From contig JAMWBK010000005.1 of assembly GCA_029953675.1 (NCBI GenBank), positions 2,170,001 through 2,234,000 of the forward strand: 64,000 nucleotides of DNA, read 5' to 3'. A program made the translations under genes and the position numbers. A model generated the notes under the pieces. The model did no database searches. It saw only the letters and a program-made list of their open reading frames with translations, and was not told the origin of the DNA. The stretch comes from Rhodosorus marinus CCMP1338. Its lineage: Eukaryota > Plantae > Rhodophyta. Position 1 is the first letter of the stretch. Each line of letters opens with the position of its first letter. Shown here one piece after another: positions 11,828-24,913 of this stretch.

Positions 11828-12610
11828 ATGATTATCTACAAGGATCGTTTTACGGGTGAGCGGTTTTGTTTGTTCATTATGTTTTGTCGTTTCCATAGGG
11901 GGCAGGCTGTTGTGTTCTGGTTTCTGAAGACGTTTTCTTCTTTTCTTTTAGGAGATGAGGTTCTCTCTGATGCAATGAAGCAGGTACGCGTTGAGGAGGA
12001 TGGACTTATCCTCGTCAGTGAATCCTACAATGTGAGCAAGGGCGGTGAGGACTTTGGGTTCGAGAACAACGACGAGGAGGGTGGTGATCTTGCGGATGCG
12101 GTAAGTCGCTTTGCTAACTTCTCTGATTGTCTTGAAGTCGTCGATAGTGGCTGACGTGTTGTATCGAAATTCTCACTTAAATGAACCAAAGGCCGAACAA
12201 GTGAACATTGTCGTAGACAGCTTCCAGCTCGTACAGACGTCCATGGATAAGAAGTCCTTCCAGGGGTATATCAAGATCTATCTTAAGAAGGTCAAGGCCG
12301 AGCTTGAGAAGAGCAATCCGGATCGTGTAGAGCCATTCATGACCGGGATGAAGGCGTGGGTGCCCAAGATGCTCAAAGAGTTCTCCGAGTATGATTTGTA
12401 AGTCTATTCCAACTGCGATTCTGGGCTAGATCCCCCTCTTCATTGGATTTCGGCATATACTGAAAGAACTGAAATGCTTCACGCCTGTGCAGCTACATGG
12501 GGCGCAGCTGCGACGGTGAGGCTGGATACGTCTACGGAAAGTTCGGGGAAGGTGCCTCCTACCCCACTTTCTACATCATCAAGGACGGTTTGTCGGAAGA
12601 GAAGGTCTAA
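11828..12610 (+). CDS. TCTP: Translationally controlled tumour protein (TCTP), 4 exons
   Basis: Spliced N-terminus MIIYKDRFTGDEVLSD; VNIVVDSFQLVQTSMDKKSFQGYIKIYLKKVKAEL; C-terminus PTFYIIKDGLSEEKV*. Three GT-AG introns. Confidence 0.95.
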
Positions 12611-14342
12611 GCACATCGAGTTTTGAAGTGAAGAAGTGTGCTCATCCCCGACGAGATAGCTCCCCCCAAATCCAACCAAACCAAAAAATTACCCTCCGCG
12701 CTTGGAGAAGGACAAACTGGCCGCGTCCTCAGGGACCCCCCTATCTGGTTTTTGATACAGAGGATACCAGCAGTGGCTTGTTGCGGACAGCCATTCTCTA
12801 GTTTCCAACGAAGAGGAAAATGTAAACCAACATTAGCTCCCCCGAAGTCCACTGCCGGCTGTACTCAGAACTGCCAATGCTGCTTAATGATATCCGTGTC
12901 GTACTTGATACTAAGCGTCATTTGCTTATGATCCTCCGGACTATCTGTTCACCTCTCAACCTTAGTCCGGTGTCACCACAGAATCTCAAGCTCCACCAAC
13001 TAGACAGCGGCGAGCTATTACTCAGTTGGCTGCAATGAGGGAGTCAACTAGCTTTAATTCCGAGTCTAAGAAGAGTAGGTCAGTCGCTCCGTCTTGCCTG
13101 GTCTGACCTAGCGCTTCTGCGTTGCCAGAACGTACTGAACCTATCCTTTGGGTAATCGACGATCGTTTGCTCTGGTTGGAGGACCATGTACCTCCTTTGT
13201 GCTGCTTCGTAGTGCTTGTTTCCCAGTGAGCTTTGTCCAGGGCTTACCCTTCAAGTTCGTTTGTGCTGCCCTTTTTCCGTCTTGACCAAGGAGACAAGGT
13301 CCAACTTCGTGTCGCTTAAACCGTCCAAAACCTCATCTGCCGTAGAACACTTGAAGGAATGTACGGGAGGGATCGAGGCCATGCAACGAGCACTCACCAC
13401 GCGGATTCGAGCCAATCCTCGATGAGCGGAGCTGCGTCCGTCCCGGGGCGAACTCGCTGAAATACCGAGGTCTATCGTCAGCGGAAACATGTTCCCGATC
13501 TGGAAAGGAAGAGTCCACATCTGAGCTATGGAAACAACAATTGAGAAGATACTCTTGATATGAGGAGCAAATCTGCGTAAGTTCCGTTGAACTTTTAGTT
13601 CTTGAGTCCTTTTCCGGATGGACGATTGCAACGGCACACCAAAGAGGCCTTGGTGCTGAGCATGGACGTTCTCTAAGATATTAGACTGACACGTTGACGC
13701 GGTAGGAATTGGATCGCGATGAATGCAACCCACTGCACGAGCACGATGCCATCCATCTGGTACATCATCGATCCAGACTCCACAGTTTGTGAGTATTCCA
13801 TACGCGCGGCCGTCGCTTCCTATGGCCTCACCGCAAGGGTGCGGCTTCATCGACAGATTTCAAAAACGCTCTCTTTTATTGAACCTTGGAAAAATCGACA
13901 TAAAGAGAAGGCGGGAAAAAGACAAAATACGGAAAACCATGAAAAGTGGTAGGGCAAGTCATATACTTGACTGCGCACAGTAGAGCCATCCAGACTGCGT
14001 TCACGGGATTCCTTCGAGCTCAGAGCGCCTGGACAAAAAAAAAAGAGTAAACGACCACGAAAACAAACAAAAGGCGACTTCAAAGGAAAAAAGCGTAGGT
14101 GAAACGCACGGACAAGGCAAGTATGCTACCCTACGCAACGCTGAAACACGGTAACGGCTGCACGAGAGTGCCAAAAAGAGCGGTGGAATGCGTAATCGGA
14201 CCAAAGATTTCCCAATTGAAGCTGATTGTAGCCAATTCCAGCTCCTGCAGTTCTTGGTTTTCTACTGCGAAAAATTTCTATTCGCACTAAGGCACGACTC
14301 CTCGCTATCATCCAGCGCGTCAAGGATTCCAGGTCAGACGCA

Positions 14343-15746
14343 CTACGCAGCGAGTTGCGCCGCACCGTCACTGGCGGCTTCTACTACGTCATCAATTGCG
14401 CCGCTCGGGATAGGATCCAAAGGAATCTTGGTTTCCTCGCGCGAGATGATGGTTCCGTCCTTCTTTCTCTTGATCTTCACAACCTTCTTATAGCGAACTA
14501 CGGTTCGCTGCTTGGGAGCCGCCGCAGCAGCAACCGGGACGGCCGCTGCCACAGCGGGGACTTCTGGAGCACCTGCTTCTACAGCGGGAGCGTCAACCGC
14601 CATTGTCGGATCAGGAACCTCACCGGTTGGAACCTCGACGGAGGCTTCAACTGGCTCAACAGCCCGGGTATCAACGGTTGTGTCGTCACCAGACAGTCCG
14701 ACTGCTGCGGCAGTTCCTGCAGCAGCCGCTGTCACGCCTCCGATCGCAGCTGCCGCCCCTGCTGATAAGCCTTCACCTTCAGGCTCAGCAATTTCAGGTT
14801 CAGCGATTTCGGCAACTTCCGCGTCAAATGGTTCAACGGCTTCCACAGCTGGTACTTCAACGGTTGCCTCGTCACTCGACAGTCCGACTGCTGCGGCAGT
14901 TCCTGTAGCAGCCGCTGTCACGCCTCCGATCGCAGCTGCCGCCCCTGCTGACAATCCTTCACCTTCAGGCTCAGCAATTTCGGCAACTTCCGCATCGACC
15001 GCCGGAACTTCCACAGCGGCTTCAACTGGCTCAACGGCTTCCATATCCGGTGTTTCAGCCGTTGCCTCATCACCAGACAGACCGACTGCTGCTGCAGTTC
15101 CAGCAACAGCAGCTGTGACGCCTCCAATCGCAGCTGCAGCCTCTGCCGATATTCCATCATCATCACCTTCGACAATCGGTTCAGTTGGATCCACATCGGC
15201 AGTTTCTTCAGTAGGTATCTCCCGAGATGCCTCCTCAACATGAACCACTCCGGTGAGTGCATTCGCATCAGCTGCCGCGGCAGTTTCAATCTCAGCAAAA
15301 GCAGCAGCACTTGGATCCATATCTGCTTCCGCTGCAACAGCTTCTGGCTCCTCTGGAGCAACTGCTGGGACATCGAAGAACTCCTTTGGTGCTTCCTCTA
15401 CGGGGTTCGAAATATCGACAGGCTCATCGGTTGCAACGGCAGGTACCTCGATGAGTACAGGCTCTTCTGCCTCCGCCGCAGCGACACCCGCTTCCTCAAC
15501 CTCACCCGTCGCCTGATCTTCCGCAAGGGGATCAGTAGCTTCTGCCGCGACCTCCCCGACCTCAGCAGTTTCCTCCGCAACTTCCCCGACTTCGGCAGTT
15601 TCCTCCGCAACTTCCGCCGGCGTTTCTTCCTTCACCTCCGCTGCCTTCGGGGCCACAGCCTCGGCAGCCTTCGTCGCAGTAGTCTCTGCGGCCGTGGCAG
15701 CCTTCGTAGCCGTCGCCTGCTCCTCCTTCCCACAACAGTTACCCAT
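14343..15746 (-). CDS. 467-aa Ala/Glu-rich, predicted disordered protein with N-terminal MGNCCG acylation motif and internal repeats
   Basis: Single ATG-initiated ORF. Has Gly2 and Cys4/Cys5, three Gly/Ala hydrophobic repeats and a basic segment RYKKVVKIKRKKDG near the C-terminus. No family recognised. Confidence 0.8.
   Translation of the reverse strand: MGNCCGKEEQATATKAATAAETTATKAAEAVAPKAAEVKEETPAEVAEETAEVGEVAEETAEVGEVAAEATDPLAEDQATGEVEEAGVAAAEAEEPVLIEVPAVATDEPVDISNPVEEAPKEFFDVPAVAPEEPEAVAAEADMDPSAAAFAEIETAAAADANALTGVVHVEEASREIPTEETADVDPTEPIVEGDDDGISAEAAAAIGGVTAAVAGTAAAVGLSGDEATAETPDMEAVEPVEAAVEVPAVDAEVAEIAEPEGEGLSAGAAAAIGGVTAAATGTAAAVGLSSDEATVEVPAVEAVEPFDAEVAEIAEPEIAEPEGEGLSAGAAAAIGGVTAAAAGTAAAVGLSGDDTTVDTRAVEPVEASVEVPTGEVPDPTMAVDAPAVEAGAPEVPAVAAAVPVAAAAAPKQRTVVRYKKVVKIKRKKDGTIISREETKIPLDPIPSGAIDDVVEAASDGAAQLAA
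14692..15155. repeat. Three-copy coding repeat (periods 186 and 198 bp) inside the Ala/Glu-rich gene
   Basis: Copies begin gacagtccgactgct / gacagaccgactgct at 14692, 14878 and 15076. The 14692 and 14878 copies are nearly identical for about 100 nt. Confidence 0.9.
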
Positions 15747-15905
15747 CGCAAAGTCCGATCAAAACAACTCCCCCACCAAAAACTAAAATTTTCTTCTCTC
15801 GCAAGTCCTGACGGTCCTGCCCCTTCACCAACCTCTCCACTAACTACAAATCCACACCTACCCTCAACCCTCCCCCAACCCACCGGTGTCAACCTCCTCC
15901 CCTAT

Positions 15906-16083
15906 CAACTAGAAGTCGCCAATCCCAAATCTTTACACAGCCCACTCTCCTCACCACCGTCTCCAGCAGCCGTCGCTCACACCCGTAACGAACAACTAGG
16001 TCTCCAATCCCAAATCTTTACATATCCCGCTCTCCCCACCACCATCCCGAACAGCCGTCGTTCCTACTCGTAACGAACAACTA
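15906..16083. repeat. Imperfect tandem duplication (87 + 85 bp, plus a third partial start)
   Basis: caacta...ccaatcccaaatctttaca...cagccgtcg...cgtaacgaa repeated from 15906 and 15993, with a third caacta at 16078. Confidence 0.85.
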
Positions 16084-18243
16084 ACAGCCGCCAAAAAGAG
16101 TTAACTACCACCCGTCATCAATTAGAAAAGAACTCTCAGCAATCTTTTTACCCCCCCCCTTAAAGCCTACACAACTAGAGTTGAATATTATAATTAATAC
16201 CAAAACTAAATATATCTAGTCCTACGATATTGTTTACCAACCCCCTTGCCATCCATTAAAGAAGGAACATTGGGCATCATATGATGATCCAGTAGGTATT
16301 ACGGAGCTTAAAAGCATTTTCCATTTTTTGAGAGGGCCCAAATGTGAGGGATATACTTCGAAATTTAAATATCGTACAATAATCACCCGTTTTTCTTTTC
16401 GAAGCGGTTGATTGGTGGAAGATAGTTTCTTACCTGCTCTGCTTCCCCCCTCCTTTCCGTTCCCTTCCCTTTATTGCAAATTTCTGGATTCTTGTACGTA
16501 AACTTTTCATTGAAAGAGCTCCCTTAAGATATTTTTTGAACGTCCTAGTTCCCACTTTTGCCCTCACCCCCCCCCACCCACCTCCACTTTTTTCCTACTA
16601 AACCACCGTTTTCGATCAGTCGTGGACGATCCGGCAAGGTCGATGGTAACCACGGAGAAGAAGGTCGGGGAGAAAAGAGCGTGATGGAGCTAAATTTAGA
16701 CTTTCTAGGATCTACTGAGTTTATTTTAGAGAAATGTATGTTTTCAGGTTATTACGGACGGGAACTATCTAAAACTAGATGTTCTTTGATACCCACAAAC
16801 ATTTTTTTGGAACGGGGTTTCTTGTTAGATCTGGGGTTTTTTAAGGGGTCTTCAAGAGCTCCGAGAGCCCGATACGAAGCCATTGAATGAGTTTTATCTA
16901 GGTTTAGAGCTTCGTTTGGCTAGATTTCCTTAAACCCCTAATAATTGCCATCCATACACAGTCAGGGACCTAGATGAGTGCGTCAGAGAACAGGAAGCCG
17001 GAATAATTGGCTACAGGGTGATAGACTCTAACCAATTGAACTAGAGCAAGTTTCTGTAAGCATGACAAGTATGCCTAGAATCAATGGGCTATTGATTTAT
17101 TCTAGTATTTCAATGAACAACCACCAATCATTTTCATCCAATTTGAATATCCAGAAAAAAATCTCATTAGCTCGATTTTCTTCAAAATTCTGGGATATGG
17201 AATCAGTTTTTTCGCTCGATCGGAAGTGGGACATCGACGCTATGTCCCTCGTGGGTGAATGAAGATTTTCTCCACAACGCGACTGCCGCAGACGGAAAGA
17301 GCGGATCTGAAGGTGGCGAGTCGGCTAAATCTAGATGCTTTGCTTCGCGAGCCTCTGTGTCAAATGGGGTGTTCCGCCAAGTCCAATCCACACGGTAACA
17401 GCGATGGACAATCATGTACTACATGGCCAACTTCCAACGCGCGAACTTGCGGAACATCCTGGTTGGGATTGTGTGCTTTTCGCTACAATCACAACACTCT
17501 CAGCGCTACGACCTCAGCATCCTACCTTGGATAAACTTTTAAGTGACTAGTTTCTTAACCTTTCGTTCCCAGGAAACACAAAGCGGATTGCGTGAGTACA
17601 ATCCTCAGCACACGAGATAACTCGACGATTTCGCAAGCCACCTCCTCGGAGAGGAGCAGCTACAGGGGCAACAAAAGTCCTCCCAGGGAATCAGCCCGTT
17701 CGCCTGCTTCTATCTCCCGAGATGATGACCCCAACTGTCCATCCTCGTGAGTCCGACTTTCTGGAGCCACTCATCCTCCTCCGATCATGAACGAACAGCT
17801 GCGAATCCTCCGTTCGAGGTGGATATCTAGACGAACTTGCTACTACAACCTGGAACGCGAATTAAGTGACTGTGCACCCTGACCCCAAAATGCCATGGCC
17901 GAGGTTCGATCTACCATCTGAAGTAACAGCAGTCCCTGTCTGAACGAAACGCAGGCGTACTGGGCTAAAGCACTTCTGGAAGGCTGAAACTTTTAGTAGA
18001 TGTTGAGCTGCAGACATAGTGTAGAGCAGAGCCATTGAATCAGCGGGGAATGAGCGCGCAGACAGTCTTTTGCTTTTTGCGCAGTCAGCAGTACAGCACT
18101 CTTGTTTTCTGACTTTTCGTTTGTCTTTGGCAGGAGTCGCTTTCTGCGCTTTCTGCCTTTCTTGTTGCAGCTGAACAGTCCGGGCGGGGTTGTGTAAGGT
18201 GTTGGGAGAGTATCCTCTGGGATAAAGATCCCAGGGGGTTACG

Positions 18244-18889
18244 ATGGTTGAGAATGGGTCCTCTGGGACTCCACCAGTTGAAGAAGATAGGAACTTTGAG
18301 AGAGCGCTAAACGTTGAGGAGGAGAACATTGAGATTGGTCGAGCTGAGGCCGATCGCCTGGCTCTGGCGAGTGGTCGTGCTGAAGGATATGAACTGGGAT
18401 TGAAAGCCGGGCTCGTGATCGGATCAGAGGCCTCGTTTCACAGGTACGGGAAACGCTTCTGCAACAAGGTTGGTTCATTTCCCGGCGAAACTCACTCTCT
18501 GTCTTCTACTGGTTTCTTGCTGTTCTGGCTTTAAGAGGATTATCGTGCGCTCTAATCTCTATCAATGCTAAAGGCATCTCTGCAAGGTGAGCGCGTCGTT
18601 GCAAGGCACTCAAAAGAGTGCAAGATAACACCCCTTCCGCGAAGCCTTTGGTTTACTTCAAGCTTTTCTCAATTCGTTGAATTTTCCGCAAACCACTAGG
18701 GCGTTGAAGACAGCTCGGTCTCTAGCTAATGAGTCAGAAAAGGGCATATCCAGGGACGACCCCGAAGTTTCACTTACAGCGATGCGATCCAAAGCGCGCC
18801 TATTGTCCCAACAGCTTGGTTGGGAGGATGTTGCTCTCACGTTGCCTGTCAAAGACAAACCCATGGCCTCAAGCTCCATGGCCTTCTAA
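18244..18889 (+). CDS. LTO1/ORAOV1-like protein (Yae1_N-type GxxxG repeat), 3 exons
   Basis: FERALNVEEENIEIGRAE...GRAEGYELGLKAGLVIGSEASFHR shows the G-x3 periodic motif. C-terminal LTAMRSKARLLSQQLG resembles the family's R-x-K-x-R-x-L motif. Donors gtacgg and gtgagc. Confidence 0.7.
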
Positions 18890-19510
18890 TGCGCTAACCT
18901 AGAGTAGGAAAACGATCCCCACCTGGGCCGGGTATGACGAGCAAAGAAATCTCAAAAATCAAAATTTGGGCCCTTCTTTATAAACTTTGAAAGAACAAAC
19001 GGATCCATCTAGTCAATGAACTGTAAGCGTCAAAGTGCTCTTCCCTCCCAAAGCTCTCTGCTCGCCGGGCTGGAACGTACGTAGCGTGATTCTCCATCAA
19101 AAAAGACAGCCCCAGTAGGAGAGGTAAATCTCAACCCGATGCGTAGAGCGAACCTTGAACCCACCGTTGTGATCCTTAGGACAACGCCCCTCACAACAAG
19201 CTCGATGGAGAACTTTCACAGGATCCCATACTATAAACAAGTACGCAGACATTTGCTTCCGCGGGCGAAGCATCGGAGAGGTTGATATGATGTTAAACAA
19301 AATTCCCGGGAACTATGGTCTCGGATTGAGCAAACCCTTTGAACCTCCTACGCAAAGGTTCGCCCTCGTCGGACGGGCTTGCCTCCCCGGGATAAATGAA
19401 GAGACTCTCTGTCCGGTTTCACCATACACGTAGTCATGGCCAGAAAAGCTGGAGAGAAAAGTGCTAATCACATATCTCCCTTTCCTCTTCTGTTGTGTCC
19501 GTCTGTTCAC

Positions 19511-20402
<892 letters not shown>

Positions 20403-21619
20403 TCACTCGATACAGCCTAAACACGTTCAAGAGTGGTCAAATCAGTTCGTTCAGCACAGGCGCCCAAAATTCTGTATTCTTCGTATCCCTACCCTTGAGC
20501 GTAACTCCTTCAACGTCCCAATCCACCTCCTACAACGACCGCATCTACACAGCACCCACGCTACCCCGAAAACCACTCCCTTTGTGGTTCCATCGGACAG
20601 AGCGAGCAATGTGTCCGTGTGACGAAAACGGTTTCGTTACAACAGGAAAGTGTCAAGTAAAACTATTAGTACGTCGTAGTATGTCAGGTGTTCTGTTTAA
20701 AACATATTATATCCTACTAGTGTACGATCGTAAAAGTATTATTTCATGATCAGCGTCATCGACGTCTGTAGGACAGTTGTCAAGATGACGGTTTGATACT
20801 ATTAGTATGTTCTCGTACAAAGTATTTCGAATTTAGACAGAGCTGTTTGACCATATATTCGCTTCTTGTAAATCCGGGAACAACTTTTAACTGTCATCCA
20901 AGATCGAACCATTGTCCTATTTGAAGAAATTATGATGTGCGGGCGGAAATCTTGCTTTTTGTTGGTCAGCGGTTGGAGTTTTCGTTTTAGTACGTTTACT
21001 ATGATGTAGGAATATTCGAGTTTTGTATATTTTGCAATGCAAACATTCGATCTAGTACAACGATGACGCTTAAATTGTACTTAGATTACAGGTGATTGAC
21101 GTTTTATTTGTATATGAGAAACTATTCCCAATGTACATTCGAACTGCCTGGGGAAAATTTCTCTTTCACTGTCATTGAAATCAGCGCTGTGGCATGTGCA
21201 CTCGAATTTTCTATAAAATAGGACAGGTCTCTATAGCCTTCGCCAATCCTCATCGCAACCCCTCAACCCCAGACGTTTAATTGTCACTCGAGGGATTTCA
21301 GCCGACGCCTTGGTCAAAGGAAGACTTCAGGAATGCGGTCATATCATAAGATGTTCTTATGGTAGAGGTTTGCACGGACTCGGGGAACAACGGACGCACT
21401 CCCTAGTGTTCTGTAAGGTTAACGGGGATGCCAAGGGTGGCTGCGCCTGAGATTGAGATGATAAGCCTAGAATATGACGAGTGCGAACATGCCTGTTGAA
21501 GGAGTATGTGCTGTTGGTTCTGAGGAGTCAGACGCGGAAAAGCAAAAAACTTTAGCACTCCCTTCTATGCCCCAACCCCCCAAAAGCGTGGTACTCTTAT
21601 AAGCAGCATCCGAGGACAG

Positions 21620-21895
21620 CCAGAGGAGTTTTGTTCAGCTAGCGAGCGATTTCAGCTGCTAATAATCTCATGCATACCACAGAATAGTTCACGCTGCATG
21701 TATGGGCACCTCCATTGACGCACTTTGCTCAGATTTCTACCCCTCTGAACAACCACCTGAGTGACAGCGTCCGAGTACAACCAGAGGAGCTCGCTCAGCT
21801 AGTGAGCGATTTCAGCGGACAAGTATCTCATCCATACCAAATTAGAAAAATCCACGCAGCGTGTATGGCCACCTTCGCTAGTTCACTCTGCTCAG
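21620..21895. repeat. Degenerate direct repeat (about 113 bp, period 161 bp)
   Basis: ccagaggag..ttcagctagcgagcgatttcagc...tctcatgcatacc...gtatgggcacc...actttgctcag versus ccagaggagc..ctcagctagtgagcgatttcagc...tctcatccatacc...gtatggccacc...actctgctcag. Confidence 0.8.
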
Positions 21896-22345
21896 CGTTG
21901 TCGTGCACTGAACTTGTTGCTTTATCCAGTCGCTTCTTCAGTCACTAAAAAATCCTCGAGCCACCGGCTAACGCAGAGTTTTAATTAATATCCATTTCTC
22001 AATTGCTTTGTTAATATATAAAAACTAATTTGGACGACTTTCGATTCATTTTTTTTCATGGCTATAATAGATAGCGATGCCGTTCTTGAGCTGTTTTGAA
22101 GGGGATTTTAGTAGAACGTGGTTAGGAATGAAGTGGACATTGGGGGAAAAGGTGGAAGTGGAGGTAAGGAGTTGTTCAGTGAGTCCTTACGTCTGATTTC
22201 TGAGTGAAGAGGTAGGATATGTAAACATACGGACTGGAATGATTGGTTTCCTCATCTGAGAGAGTGTGTTTGGGGTGGGGCTTGGTTTCGGCTCAGCTCG
22301 TGTCGTGTTTGGGAAGGCTGTATTTGTTCGTTTTGAAGGGAGGAT

Positions 22346-23767
22346 ATGGATGATTTTAGGTTGGGTGGGTTTGTTTATTCTCCATTCTCGTCTGTTTTGA
22401 GAACTTCTAGCAGGCCCAGGGTCACAACAAGAAGGTGTCGGCAAATGAGACGCTCCAGGGTGGCGCTGGGTGGCGATGAGGAGGCTGGCATGCAGAGCAA
22501 TGAACATGAGAAGGGAGCGGAGAACCAAGCTCCGGAGGAAGAACAGATACCAAGTGACGAGGAGGTTTCCAAGGAGAAGGAAGGATCGAATGGACTGCCT
22601 GCTGATTTTGGTGCGGATAATCCATTGTTTTCGTTGCTGAACCAGTTTAAACCGTCGGAGCTAGTCAGCAGGTACGCCGCGGTTCTGGCAGCAACTCTTT
22701 TTTAGCCAAAATCCAGGGTTGCTCAGTCAGCTTGTCTTGCCTTGGTACTACTTTCAACACCCACACCAGGTTTGAAGAGTCAACTGGATCAGAAGTGAAC
22801 ACGGCATTTCGAACAACCCTGCGGAAGCTTTTGGGATCGATGCCCTCGACTGTCTACGGAATGAGCATTCGAACAATAGTAGGCAACCTGGTGTCCATTA
22901 TGCAGACCTGTATTATGACCGGATATCTCATGAGGAACGCGCAATACCGCTTGACGCTGACAAGGAAGCTCGATTCGGCACAGAGCTTGCTACCGAACAT
23001 ACCCTCCAACGTGAGAGTGAAGGGTGGACAGGCCATTCTTACGCTTAAGGACGGGACAATCAAGGAGGTGGGTAGCCCGCCTTTCACCCGCATCTCGCTC
23101 AGTCTCAAGAGGGCCTCAAGACGGTTCTTCTTTCTGGCGCACAGGTCAGCGCGGAAGAGTACGTATCGGAGCTGAAAATCGAAGCTCAAGCTTTGAGAGA
23201 TGAGCTCAATAGACTCAAGAAGGGCGGTCCAGCAAGTGGAAATGAACTTTCAATGATTTTTGCATCTTACGACCAGAAGCAAGTTGAGATTCTAACACGT
23301 GAGGCGGGCCCAGAGGCAACCGCTGCTATGAAATTGCTCATTCAGAACGTCCTGGGGACTAATTCTGATGCCGTAGATCCCATGATACCAATTGAGACAA
23401 CTCGAGATGATCTTGGTACTGCTTTCATCCAATTTTCATCGATTATCCATGCCGGACAGATACCAACTTTTCCAGTTCAGTCCGCGTTCACGAGATGCGT
23501 TCCGCGGGAGACGGGACAGAAGAAATGGTCCTCACACAATTGTCGGAGTTCTGAACTGTTGTGTTCATTGTCCTCTGTGCTTTTTCAGGACAACTGCTCT
23601 TCTACAGTCTTGTATCAGGATACTTCCTCCGTGAAGCCGAAGTTCGCATGTACATGCAAGAACAGCTCATGGAGGGCGGTGAACTTCATATCCCGGCTCT
23701 ATCTATGGACGTTGAACCAGGAGAAAGCAGTGATTCAAAGAATGGTAGCTCACTTCCACAGGCGTAA
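22346..23767 (+). CDS. Tandem DUF760 protein with probable plastid transit peptide, 4 exons
   Basis: Ser/Arg-rich N-terminus with an early Phe. NPLFSLLNQFKP...LLGSMP...SIMQTCIMTGYLMRNAQYRLTL and a second repeat NELSMIFASYD...GQLLFYSLVSGYFLREAEVR. Phase-consistent GT-AG introns. Confidence 0.8.
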
Positions 23768-24064
23768 TAAGCGTGTCGATGACCAACCGAGAAACAAACG
23801 TCCAGCCCCCGCGATCGCGTACTATGTTCTTTGATCTGCGGGCAGACGAGCCCAGACAAAGCCTCCATAGGAGAGATGTAGAATACTTCGTGAGTTGTCT
23901 ATGAAACTCTTGTAGGTTAAGTCAGAAATTACGTTGTCGCGGGCTTGTTTTTCCAAACCGAAAGCTGCAATGTCGAACAATAGAAGAAGCGAGTAGAAGA
24001 AGCGAGTGTAAACTGAAAACCCGGGGGGATTCTAATTTTGTTTCTGTCGCTCAGCACTGGGTTG

Positions 24065-24913
24065 TTACGGTGGTTTCGAATCGCCCGTCTGAAATCGGTC
24101 GCCGAGCCCTAATCGATCCTTGAACGCCTGCATTCTCTGCCTCTCCTTCTCTTCAAGCGCTTCGATTCTCTCATCAGCTGCAGCTTTTCGAGCTTTGTTC
24201 TTTCGATCGCGGCTGGCTTTCCTCTTTGCGATGACCTCCTTCAGGTCACTGTGGTTTGTTCCGTAGAGAGTGGAATCCGTTACTTCGGGGGGACTGTCAC
24301 CACCGCCACCCTGCGGTTTCCGGTAAAAGTAGTCCCCGTGAGTTTCAGAAATCGATATTCGTGTAGATTGGAGAGTGACTGCTTACCCGTTTCCGTCTCT
24401 TTTTGTCCATTCGAGCTGCCTGGCTTCCAGGATCGGGCTTCGGAACCAGCTCATCCAATACATCCTTCTCTCTCTTCCGCCACTTCTATATCGGAAGACG
24501 CAACACGGCATGCAGGATCAATGGGTTTCGAATCAGCATGAAGTCGTTTGGCATCCAGGTCCTACCTTAATCTCCCATCGCTCTGGTCGGGACGACTCAG
24601 CCTGGACTACCTCGGTGATTTCGTTCCTCAGCTGGCCTTGCTTCTTCCGTTTCTCATCTACACTCGACGCAGGTCCGCTGCCATTGGAATCAGCTCTTTT
24701 CCGTCGTTCATGTGCAAGCTTGTAGATAGATTCCTCAACCCGGTCGCCATTCCATTTGTCCACGAACTTCCTGAAGTGCTTCCTCGCTTTTCTCTCGTCT
24801 AACCTCTCCAACGAAACATCATGTCGATCTAAGAGCCAGACGCGAAACTCGTGTTGATACTGCCCGAAATCATCCTCAGAAATCTGGAATGGAGCTTTCC
24901 CTCTCATCGCCAC
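24065..24913 (-). CDS. SCI1 (style cell-cycle inhibitor 1)-like conserved nuclear protein, at least 3 exons; 5' end uncertain
   Basis: QISEDDFGQYQHEFRVWL...ARKHFRKFVDKWN matches the SCI1-type core. Spliced downstream exons give DVLDELVPKPDPGSQAARMDKKR and SPPEVTDSTLYG...EEKERQRMQAFKDRLGL. Confidence 0.65.

Noticed and set aside
13251-14290. Possible minus-strand multi-exon gene (199-aa ORF and nearby exon-like segments)
   Set aside because: Some splice-like borders exist, but I found no start codon, consistent model or recognisable domain. Left unannotated rather than disproved.
14355-15610. Several long plus-strand and alternate-frame ORFs over the Ala/Glu gene
   Set aside because: Shadow ORFs caused by the low-complexity GCN/GAR codon content of the real gene.
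17259-17860. Short overlapping plus-strand ORFs, and similar ones at 53-235, 24955-25594 and 56468-57120
   Set aside because: No family motif and no phase-consistent model. They may be small orphan genes but cannot be supported from sequence alone.
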